DNA from: Diadema antillarum
Taxonomy: Eukaryota
Assembly (NCBI RefSeq): GCF_040938485.1
Contig: NW_027270982.1
Coordinates: 3,162,001-3,226,000 of the forward strand
DNA: 64,000 bases
Reading direction: 5' to 3'
The first letter of the stretch is position 1. Each line of letters begins with the position of its first letter. The notes beneath the pieces were generated by a model. That model did no database searches. It was not told where the DNA came from and worked only from the letters and a program-made list of their open reading frames with translations. The position numbers and the translations under genes were made by a program. Shown here in pieces: positions 35,880-47,310 of the stretch.

Positions 35880-37674
35880 TTAAGTGTGAAATGTTATGGA
35901 TTGAAAAACAAAATTAGTTAGCGGAAGTGGTGAGGGATTTTGTCTTTTCTGCGAGCAAACCTTTTCTCAACTTCAATAAGAGTCTATGAGCCTCCTTTGA
36001 CCTTACCTTGATAAATCACGTCGCATGTTTTAGCGCTGTACATGACACTTGGATGTCTAACTCTTCATTCCAACTGTTGTCATCGCGAGTCCCTTCTCTT
36101 GTCGTGTTCTCGAACATGTTTTGAACTTATTCACCCATCAGATGAATCTCACTTTCGGAGATTTATGGATGGAATAATTCCGTGGAGCACAAACTTCGTC
36201 CAGGATAGATGGACAGTGTTCCCTATAAGATTTTATTAATCCTGTAATGGCCGGTGGCAAATCCTCCTTTAAAAGGTGGTCCTGAGAGAGAAAGGGAGCC
36301 CCAAATAAAACAATTTTACAAGTAGATCACGAGTAACATGCTGAACGTTGTACAAGCGAGATAAAAAGGGAAATTCATATTTCCGCTAATGGATCGCCTG
36401 TCGGGTGTTTTTCCTCCTAATTACGTAACTCATCGCGCAAATGAGACGGCAGCAGGGCACAAGTCTGAAGTTAAAGGTCATATCGATCAGAAAGTAGTCC
36501 TCTTCTACCGGGTATGATAGATCCTAACTACAACACTCCGTCATGGGAAGACCATGCCAGCAGGCACAAGAGTGATATTTTCTCGACCCCATAAATCCTT
36601 ATTATCATCTGGAGCCCTCAGCAATGGAACGTCACCAATATGTATTTGTGGGACAAACCGATGAACTTGGCAATTACCATTATACGGCCTGGCAGTCATA
36701 TAGAGTCGCTGTTTGAAATGTCTCATATATTGCAGCGTATTTTGTTAACGTGAAAGTGAAGGCATATACATGTTGCCACCCGCTCTGCATACACTCTGAT
36801 ACCCTTCTCCTACTGAATTGTCTTCATAATGTGTCAAGTATCAATGTGTCAATTCTTCTCTGGATTCTGACCTGTTAAGGGATGCAGTATTGCATTCAAC
36901 ATTGCCTGAACCATTAACTTAATACTTTGATTTTCGAGAATAATCTGTTCAAAAATCTGCCCCAAAAGTGTGACATATCACAAACTGTCGTCCGAAACCA
37001 ATCACGTCTTCGCGATGTAATCAAAATCAGTGCGTTTCAAGCGATGGTAAAATCACATAGCTTCATATTTTGTAGCTCAAGTAAAAGGCAACTGTTTTTA
37101 CAAAGATGTCAGAAGTTTGTCCTATTTTTCGTTTCTATGTTGAGAATAGCATCTAGTAAGGCCAGGACAGTCTTTGTCAATGAAAGTTTGACAAGATACT
37201 GTCCTAGATTTAAGCTTTACTATAGATAGCGAAGAGATCTGGAAAGCAAACTGTTTCAATTTCAAACTGTGGACGCAGGACGCAAAGATCACTGTTAAAA
37301 AAAACCAGCGGTCAATCAGTGAGAAGTTTGACGGAGAAAGACTTGGTGAGATGGAAATTAACATCCCAATTGAAATCGGGACGTTCACTGTTTAAAAACT
37401 ATTCAGTTAAATTTTGTCGTCATAACATATCACATTTTATTACCCAAATTAAACTCAGTTGATGACGTGTTATTGTTTATTTTTTGTGTTTAATTTTCAT
37501 GGTAATTACATTTTATTTCAATTAAGTTTTCGTGTTGAATAAAGAAGGTAACATGCAAAAAAAAAAAGCTTTGTTATGTACACAGTGTGTATCAATATTG
37601 GATCGATATAGTGTGTAGGAGTATTACAGTTACAGTGAGCGATGAGCGTACATTTCGAAAATCGGAAATGTACA

Positions 37675-37721
<47 letters not shown>

Positions 37722-38974
37722 AGGAACTACCCCTGTTTTCCCCCGAGTGGGAGTCTGAACTCTGCGTACACGATATGTACCAGATTCTGATATAGTCAGT
37801 GATATAAATATGGTGAATAGATTAAGCGACAGTCACGAAAGCAGTTTGAGTTGTCAGAGGAATATTCAGATAACGTGTCTTAATGTCAGGAGTTTATGAA
37901 ATAAAGGAAAGATGTAGAAAAAATTCAATTCACTTGATTTTTGTATATACACTTCTTGAGTTGATTTAGTATTGATCGATTAATCATTCTAGATTTTTAG
38001 ATATCGCTGATGCAACATGTTAGGAAAATCCCCTTTGTCAAATAAAGTGATTGAATTGTGTGTCGTTTTTTTATTCAGCCTAGCTAATTTAGGTTCCAAC
38101 AAAAGAACCCCCTTGTAGCACCACCTTGATAGACATTATATGTCAGGCCCGTAGCCAGGGGGGTGCGTCGGGTGCGTACGCACCCCCCAAATTCTGAAAG
38201 GTCCACTTTTTCATAATAACGGTTTTTAGCAATTCTCAAGATAACAATCCAAATAAATATAAAGACACATTATATGCTACGTAAATGTGGAAGAGTACGT
38301 TTAACAATGTTAAAAATAATTGTACGAAACCCTTTTGTTGTATGAACCATCGGATCGTCCCCATGCACACAAACACAAATGTTATGTATCAATTTGTGCG
38401 AGCTATTGAAAACTTTCGGTCATCTGCGAAGCCGCGCTTCCGCGCGAACGCTACAACACGTAAAACGGGTCAAAAATCGACGCATTTTTCCACAAAATCT
38501 GCCATAACTTTTAAACTGTTTAAGAAGCAAACTTGGGGCGCCCGGATTCTGAAAGTGGACGCTTTAGGGATTATTTATGTGCATATATCTTTATTGTAAC
38601 ATTTGTAGCAGTGACGCAAATTAGATCAGAAAAGTACCTTATGAGTAGAATTGTTTATGGCGAACAGTCCAACTTTGACGAATTTGAGCATATTTTGCCG
38701 TCTTGCAATTCTTCCAGACGGGATATCTCGAGAACGGAAGATCGCACAAACTTGGGGCGCACGGTTTCAGAAAGTAGAGGTTCTGCCCATTTTTGTGACA
38801 TAAGAATCCTGTCCATTGGTTGAGCAGTCCTGACGCAAATTTGCAGTAAAGCTAGACTACCCATTCACAATTGCTGTCATAGGGAACGTGTACAATCCAT
38901 ACAGAACTATCACGTGACGAGACTACCAACGAAAATTTGAGCCGTTGACCTTCACTGTCTGCCGTTGTCAGCAG

Positions 38975-39911
38975 TGTGACAGTTCTATTGGTTCTCATTT
39001 TAAAGTGAGCCAAAACCTAAGAACATTCTCACTTATAATTTCCAAAGAGTATTATGCAGGCACGCAAACTCATTTTAGTTGTATTTCATTTAAATGTAAT
39101 GGGTAAGAGGGTATGAGAGAGAATGGAAAGTGCTGAGCTATGAAGTAAAATGGTAAAGTAAAAAGTTTGTCAGATAGTATTACAAAAGCCTGAATATTGC
39201 AAGAGCTCCGGAGTAAAAACAGTCAGTGAAAACCCCTATGTATGATAGCATTGTGAGAGCGTTAGACTGCATTGTGACGCATCGTTATTTGATTTACATT
39301 CTTTGATATATTTTCATAAATATCTCAGGTAATGAGTCGGATTGGATTACAATTCTCACTTACAGCTTTGTAGAAGTCTGAGTCAACAGTATCACACAGT
39401 ACTTCAAGACATACAAACGATTTCTTGAGCCTGCACCGTTTCAGGCTCTGTTCTGGATACGGCGGTAGAAACTCATTCTTTTTTGTTGTTTATTTTATCA
39501 TTATTTACTAATCTCTTTTCTAACTTACAGATAGCGGATTTATTTGCAAGCCAAATTCGGAAATGTAGTGTTGATTATTACTTATACATTTTCTCATGTT
39601 GTGACAGTTCTATTGGTTCTCATTTTAAAGTGAGCCAAAACCTAAGAACATTTTCACTTATAATTTCCAAAGAGTATTATGCAGGCACGCAAACTCATTT
39701 TAGCTGTATTTCATTTAAATGTAATGGGTAAGAGGGTATGAGAGAGAAAGGAAAGTGCTTAGCTATGAAGTAAAATGGTAAAGTAAAAAGTTTGTCAGAT
39801 AGTATTACAAAAGAAACTCATTCTTTTTTGTTTGTTTATTTTATCATTATTTACTTATCTCTCTTCTAACTTAAAGTTAGTGGATCTCTTTGCAGCCCAA
39901 ATTCGAAAATG
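38975..39911 (+). repeat. Local direct duplication with X-Y-Z-X'-Z' structure
   Basis: 38975-39188 recurs at 39600-39813 (about 4-5 differences). 39467-39570 recurs at 39812-39911 and is more diverged. Confidence 0.9.
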
Positions 39912-40815
39912 CCTAGAGACAGCTAGTAACCAAATATGCTACTATAATTTAATAAATAAGAAATAACCATTCCAGTATGTATCTTAGTGTGCACAGTAAG
40001 ACAGATCAAATCAAATAGGAAAACATCTGAGCACTAAGCCTGAGGTTTGAATTTGCACTCAACTTCTTCCAATGGCTAACGGATGTTTAATTTTTGAATT
40101 TCACTGACCTCCAAATTTCACAAAGGAAACCTTCTTAGCATGATGGTTAATATGACATTTGACTGATATTGGAGATGTTTGCGAATCGGATCTACTACCT
40201 TTAATATTATTAAATCTAAAATCATTATTTGAAAGTTCGGAAATGCTGGAAATATCCTACCACAAGGAGGCAAAATACAAATGGTTCACATTTACAATTC
40301 ATTTTGTTTAAAAAATTTTCTTATTTATTTTCGTTTTTGACAAACTCGCATACCAACGGCTGATATACTGTATAGTAAAGTGAATGTTTCATCTTCCAAA
40401 CAGCATCCAATGGGATGGAAAACTCCAACTGAAAGGTGACCATACTCGCTAAAGAAAACGCGGAATAGGAGTCGTTTTTTCTCACGGATTAGATGGAAAG
40501 TGTGATGTACGAGCGTATATAATCAAAGGGTATCAAAAAGGCCGAAATTTGGGAAAATGGTATATTGTTCAATCATGATGAAATACTTCTTTAGGGTGCA
40601 GGAAACATTTAAGGAATACTTGTTTTTAAGGCCCGAAAAAATCATATGATCATTACTCGTTTAGGGGCCATTTTGAAAGTCCATGTATGAGCATGGTGTC
40701 CACCTTTTAATTGTCGCTACCCCTCCCGGGACAGTATCAAAGGACCGTTTTGTTAATCAACGCAATCCCCCCTTCCTTTAAAAATCCTGGCTTCAGGCCT
40801 GCTAACGCGGGTATA

Positions 40816-41659
40816 CCGTATGTCCCAAAAAAAAATTACAACGGGGCCCTACGCAATGATATCTTTAAAAACATTGCATCAATCTAAATACAAATTCAGG
40901 GTATGAAACTATAACTCATTGCCCACATCTTACAGAAAATCCCATTCGATTTGCTTCAGTGGTCAAAGAGAAATGAGGAATTTTGTAGATGTCGGGAATC
41001 TCTTTTGTCCAAGTTCTGTCTATTGTTCACACACAAAATCATCGAAGTGCTAAACTTGGAAGAATCAAACTCATGACATGCTTTACTACAATCCCCATTT
41101 CTCTGTGACCGCTTAACCAAATCGAATGGAGATTTCTGTGAAGTAGCATTGAAAAAAAATTATCATATTGGATGTTATCAATGCGAAAATCTGATTGTAA
41201 TTTTTGTGGGACATACTGCAGTATGCCCCTCAAAAATCACAATCAAATTTTCGAATTGATCACATCCAAAATGATCGACCTGTCTAAGTGCTACTTCGGG
41301 ACCTTAAAATATAACATCGTAGCTCTATTTTGCAGAAAACCCCATTCAATTTGGTTAAGCGGTCACAGAGAAATGTAGATTGTTGTAAAGCATGTCATAA
41401 GTCTAATCTTTCCAATTTTAGCAATTCAATGCTCTAGTGCGTGAATAATAGACAGAACTTGGACAAAAGAGATTCCCGACATCCTCTACAAAATTCCTCA
41501 TTTCTCTTTGACCACTGAAGCAAATCGAATGGGGTTTTCTGTAAGATGTGGGCAATGAGTTATAGTTTCATACCCTGAATTTGTATTTAGATTGATTCAC
41601 TATTTCTAAAGATAATATCATTGCGGGGGGTCCCGTTGTAATTTTTTTGGGACATACTG
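40816..41659. mobile_element. Inverted dimer of a Tc1/mariner-like MITE
   Basis: TA|CCGTATGTCCCAAAAA ... TTTGTGGGACATACTG^CAGTATGCCCCTCAAAAA ... TTTTTTGGGACATACTG|TA. The inner TIRs abut directly at 41218/41219. Confidence 0.75.
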
Positions 41660-44542
41660 TACAATAGAAAAAATAAAAGTTAAAACAACACCAGGAAAAT
41701 CACTATTCTCAATTTTGCGGCGCGCTACGCGCGCAGAGTCTCGAACACAATTAAACTTTGCAACTTCCTGGCAAAATGAGTTTTTACTATTTCCTAGCTG
41801 AAATGCCGTAACGCGATTGCATGCAACAGACAAAAATACAAATTTCCTCGAGACTTTAAAACGTCATTAAAACAGTCAAAATTCACAATTTGCGGCGCGC
41901 TTCGCGCGCAAATTCTTATACAACTTTNNNNNNNNNNNNNNNNNNNNNNNNNNNNNNNNNNNNNNNNNNNNNNNNNNNNNNNNNNNNNNNNNNNNNNNNN
42001 NNNNNNNNNNNNNNNNNNNNNNNNNNNNNNNNNNNNNNNNNNNNNNNNNNNNNNNNNNNNNNNNNNNNNNNNNNNNNNNNNNNNNGGTCCGTTTTTTTAG
42101 TGACCGCACCCCCCTTGAAAAATCCTGGCTACGGGCCTGTATGTGCATCAGGTTCACTTGCTCTGAATACAAAGAAATCTCGCACACACTCAATATGCCT
42201 TGACCAGTCTATATTCAGTGGTCACAACGTCCAAAGTTTGAGTCCGATTTTTTTTTCCTTTCAAAGATCGTATACAAACAAGCGTTTAGTAGGGGGAGAA
42301 TTTGTGAAAGAACTGTCAAAATGTCAAGCAGGATATTGCTTTCTTTGAACAGGCTGACACACGGCGTTGTTGGAATAATTTCAAAGAGGCTCAGATCTGT
42401 CCATTACTGCCAATAAGCATGTCCCTTAATCTCTGTCCGTAGAAAGCTAAGAGTCTCCACTTGGATCAAGACACTGTGATTTCCATCAGAAAAAGTTCAA
42501 CGATCTGGAGAGAAAGTCAAAAGAGAAAGGTCAAATAGATGATAGTTCGGAAAGGTGTGTTGCTGCCGTGGTCTAGCCAGTCTAGGCGGCAATCTATGAT
42601 ATGCACGAAAATACCTTGTCAACCATTATGGAAAAACAATCGAATACTAATTGATGATACAAGTATTTTCTTTTATCAATTTTCGTTTAAAAAAGCAATA
42701 ATTTTCATTCATGATCATTTAGATTAAGAGGGAAGTTTGTTAATTTTGATTCATTGAATTGAAAATGGAAAAATGGGGAAAATGATATTCATGTTTGAAT
42801 TGTTTTGTTACATGTAAGGCAATTAAATGTGGATATGATATATCTATTGAATTGTAGACCAACCTTTAAGAACAGACACAATATCGTTTGTGTGTTGATT
42901 TAACAAAGGTTGTTCTCGTATTCAGATTCAGTTAAAATAAAATTAAAAAGTAAAGTTTTGAAAATAGGAAAGGCACTTTGAAATATAGCTGACAATCTGT
43001 GGAAAATACACTTTTCTTATACTTTTAATGTACATTGGATGTTGATTTGGGTTGGTTCCAATGAAATTTGCTACGTAGGATCTTATTCCCAACGAGATTC
43101 TGTTGAAATTGAATTTGATCAATAAAGTCGTTGATCTTTCGGTAATTAACGTATTGAAACACCTGCACATTCTTTAGCGAATGTCACTTTTCACTTCGCA
43201 TTTGGGCAAACCTCATGTGACACTCAAACTTTGAAAAAAAATGCAATTTGTCATTATTGTCGTGAAAGTGTATGTGCTCAGTCATGCATGACATTTCATC
43301 GACATATTTAGGTATCAATGGAAAGAAGAAGAGTTCTTTTCCTCACAACATTGTGCTCTCCATACCTGACATGTATGAAATGGTAGCCCTCCAAAGTTGG
43401 ATTACCTTTTTTTTTTTTTGATACGCACTGCATATGCTACCTGTCAGTACTGTTGCGTTTCCAACAAGAGTCAATGAATCAATCACACCAACATAAAATC
43501 ATTGCAGTTACAGAGAGAACATTTATTGGCGTCTTGACTTCAGGAGGACCGAATTCAGACTCACTCCCAAACAGGAGTTTTAGCTTGGCATCATTCCCAG
43601 CCAATTCTACAAACAATTAACCAGTTGGCTACTTCCATGGTCATAGAAGAGATTAAATGAGAAACTAATACAGGTACAATCGGGCAATAGGGTGGTAATT
43701 GGAGGGAGGCATGGCTACAACAATAGGACAAAGAGACATAAAGTTGAGACTATTACAAAGGGGTGACATCATATAATGTCTAGCTACTAGGGGAGGACAA
43801 GGGATAGGTTCTTGCATGGTCAGTATAGTAGATGAGAAAAAGGCTACAATTACTGCTTTATTCTAGGCACCAACACTGAGCTTTACGTGTGTGTCTTGGT
43901 TCCGTTAACACATAGGGGCTAACTAAGCCCTCCACTTTATGACTTTAGGACAAAGGATATTCAATCTGTACAAGATATATGTGTGGGAGAATACTGATAA
44001 GAATTAGGACATTGACCCTGACTATGAAGTGTAACCAGTATACAGGACAAGTTACTGACCTTAACAGTACACACGACAACCTCGCTTCATACCCAACCAT
44101 TTATCATCAATAGCTCAAACTATTTTCAACAAATTAACTTGTTCCGACTGTTGCTCGAACTGCAACATCTCTCCAAAGACTCAAGGCCAAATTTCGATCT
44201 ATGACCCTATCACTGTTGAATTGTATTCGTTCACTTTACAGGTGTATACTGCATATTAAGACTTCATAGATATAATGTATTTTGTCTTATTGTTCTTCAG
44301 ATGGCCTAAATCTAAATTTTGTTAAATTGTGTTAGTTTTATCCAAAACAACTGACAATTTTCTTTGAAATATAAATTTATAGTAAACAATACCTTACATA
44401 CAGTTTGATAACCTAAGTATGTTCTTACCTAAACATTTTTTTTTTTAATTTGAATCTAAGTTCCATTATGAAATAAAACGAAAAGAAATGACATATAAAT
44501 TATTTACTTAACAATAACATCTATATTTCTATGTGTTTTATC

Positions 44543-44625
44543 CGTGCACGGACATGTTGTAAGACAGCCATTGGCTGAATCTTGTTGCCGTGCATAAATA
44601 ATTAAATAAAATGAAATGAAAAATA
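44543..44625 (+). mobile_element. LINE (L2/CR1-like) 3' tail remnant
   Basis: gtgcacggacatgttgtaagacagccattggctgaatcttgttgccgtgca stem-loop followed by AATAAA and an (AAATG)n tail. Confidence 0.5.
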
Positions 44626-45639
44626 ACAATCAGGAAATAATCAACATTTAAAAAACATTACAGCGGGTAAAAAAGAACCAGCAATAGCAAGCATGCTAGT
44701 CGAGGCCAGTCCTCCCCTAGTCATCTCTTTCTCAGAGAATACGACAGCAAAGGCATGATGGGGGTGAAGTCATCTCCCCGCCCCCCCCCCCTCCATTTCA
44801 TCATATTTCGGTTACGTATTGCTTTTTTCCCTTTTCTTAATCGATGTAGGCCCTACATGTACTTTTTCCTTTTATTTTTTATTTTTTCTTTCTTTACGGT
44901 TTCCCCCAGCGAGTTTTATATAAGTATTATTTATACCACATTACCATTATCATGTAACGTGAAATGTATTTGTCCTTGAAGGTTTAAATGTGAATACAAA
45001 TTCTTTGTGTAAAAAGAGTAGTCTTAAAGTACGCCCTTGAGCTTTACCCTGTTTTTTAATAAGACTGAATACATGAATAAATCAACAAATGAATAAACAA
45101 ACGAAAATCGTGAAGTGGCTGTGGGGGTACTTACATGATTGATTACAGCCTGTCACAAGTCCTTGATTTAAACCAAGCGTATTCGATCAAAATGCAAAGC
45201 TGCGTAAATCCATTATGTAGGTAGACTAAAGTAACTCTGAAAACTGCACAAGCTTGTCATATGGATAGCTAATGAAGAGCTTTTTTTCAAACTAAATTGT
45301 GGTAATTGCAAGATTAAAGAAAATATAGGATGAATACCAAAAGAAAATATAGGTTGAATACCCACGCTCCTTTTCTTTTATTTCAAAATTGCTTATTTGA
45401 GTCAGGACTCCTACCTGATCTTCTTCAGTTTATATACCATTATGATAATTGTGTAAGGACTTAAAGATTAATAGTGGGCAAAGCTCATAAAAATGATTGA
45501 CATAAAAACGGTAAAGAGGGAACCGCGGATCTTATAGATATAAGACTATCTATTATTTCTAGCAAACCACATGACATAAATGTGATGAAAATAAAAAAGA
45601 TTAGGGATGTTTTAAATTTTTAGTGCAGCAATCCTTAAG

Positions 45640-45890
45640 TGAGAAGACTACTTTAGTTTGTGACGTCACAAATGAAGAACGTACGATATAAAGAAAATAA
45701 TTTGTTTAAAGAAAATTCAACAAAATTTCATTTGTTTTCGATGAGAAGTACACATTCCCTCGACTTGTATACTGACATAATTATGTTAAGGCTTAATATC
45801 ATTCCCCTGCTTTCTGAAAAGGGTAAGTCAAAATGCTCTTTCACTATGCTAGAGAAGTGAAAATTCCACTCGAAAAATAATACCATGCAA
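45640..45890. mobile_element. Internal fragment of family A MITE
   Basis: attcccctgctttctgaaaagggtaagtcaaaatgctctttcactatgctagagaagtg matches 33447-33510. Confidence 0.5.
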
Positions 45891-46726
45891 TCCATCGCAT
45901 TTGTTGAATCTGGTGAAGATCCAGACATCAGCGAAAAGTTAAGAGAGTGAACGGTCCGTCAAAAGCATAACATGCAGTAATTATATCATATTTTGAATAC
46001 AGCAAAATGGCTTTAGAAAGCTTATGATAATCTGATCAGCGCGTAATGTGATTTAGCTGGAGAGTGATAATTGAAATTGCTCTCAGAACCTCTGGCATCA
46101 TATAGTTAGTAATTATAATTGGCATCGCTGTATCGAAGTCATCAAGCGTGTATCAAATGGGCATAAGGAGAAGCTGGTGGCACCCTGCAGATCCTTTTGG
46201 GACAAGGTGATCAGAAAACATTTGACACACTTCGAAGCTAAAAATAGCAGGACAGAGGTGTTCTCTGAGGGCCGCCTTACCTTTTGCAAGCTGTTTCTTC
46301 CATCAGTGCCAGCGATACAAAATCAGACAAACCAAATTTGGTTCTTGCCTGTGTACTTTTATGTTCGGCACTTTTATAGAGAAAAAAACCCCACCTCCAT
46401 TCCATGTTCCACGTAAATGCAATGAGTACAGTAATGTCACTAAAATAAAACCTTGCCAAAAAGTACAATGCTATGGGTATTTTTATTGTTCATAACGATT
46501 CAAAAAAAAAAAACTGTCACAAAGATGTGCAAATAAGAGACGGTGAAGACAGCATCAATTTTGTCTTCATTTCCTTTGTATATGGAAGCCTAGCTTGTCA
46601 GTAATTGGCCAGCTAAGAACAATTTGAAGTAAAAAATACAATTCGTTCTTCATAAGTTCATGTAAAAAAGAAGAAAAATACCAAGTGTACATGGGACACT
46701 TGTATTATGTCGATGTGAGCCATTAT

Positions 46727-47310
46727 ACAAATGATGCACAGGATAGAGTGCGTAAGTGTAGGCGTATAGTGCACTCGAGGGTATTTACAATTGTGAAACA
46801 TGCACGAGGCGAAGCCGAGTGCATGTTGCACTACATTGTAAATACCCGAGAGTGAGCTACGCCTCCACTAACGCCACGAAATAATCCTGTGCATCATTTG
46901 TTTTATAAAATGGGTCGAAAATTCAAAAACTAACAGCATTTGTCAGCGTTTTTCACGTACCTTTGTGGGTCAAGACGTCCGAGGATGTTCGTCCCAAACA
47001 TTTACGCACGTCGCACTCGGAAATCCCGCACACGTAAGTACTGTACGTATTAGCGTAGACGTCTATACGTACGCCACATGATTGTTGTGCACAAGAAAGG
47101 CCGGCTGGCAGCCCGAACGAGAAGTTGTTTACAGGATTGACAGCGCGTATGGTAGCGCGCGATGCACTTGTAACAACTGATTAAGTGCGCACTGCTAGTG
47201 AAAACATTGTGACGTCAGTGACTTTACGCTTTTTTGCAAGGCCGTGCATGATAGTAAAAATTAATGCACGCACATGTGACTCATTTCAGCGCTTCCAATT
47301 GGCTACATTC
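46727..47310. mobile_element. Crypton-like non-autonomous element with a 175-bp hairpin
   Basis: acaaatgatgcacaggat / atcctgtgcatcatttgt (18-bp perfect stem, 46727-46901) with the apex cacgaggcgaagccgagtg, an apex I recall as typical of CryptonV-type repeats. The extent beyond the hairpin is approximate. Confidence 0.5.

Larger units (their letters stand above)
38144..42139. mobile_element. ~4-kb TIR element with 5-bp TSD (hAT5-like), non-autonomous, spans an N-gap
   Basis: 16-bp perfect TIR CAGGCCCGTAGCCAGG / CCTGGCTACGGGCCTG, with TATGT on both sides (38139-38143 and 42140-42144). A second, degenerate right end (CCTGGCTTCAGGCCTG) lies at 40786-40801. No transposase ORF seen. Confidence 0.6.

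Noticed and set aside
38975-39813. TRIM or LTR retrotransposon call
   Set aside because: No primer-binding site, polypurine tract or TSD on either strand; kept only as a duplication.
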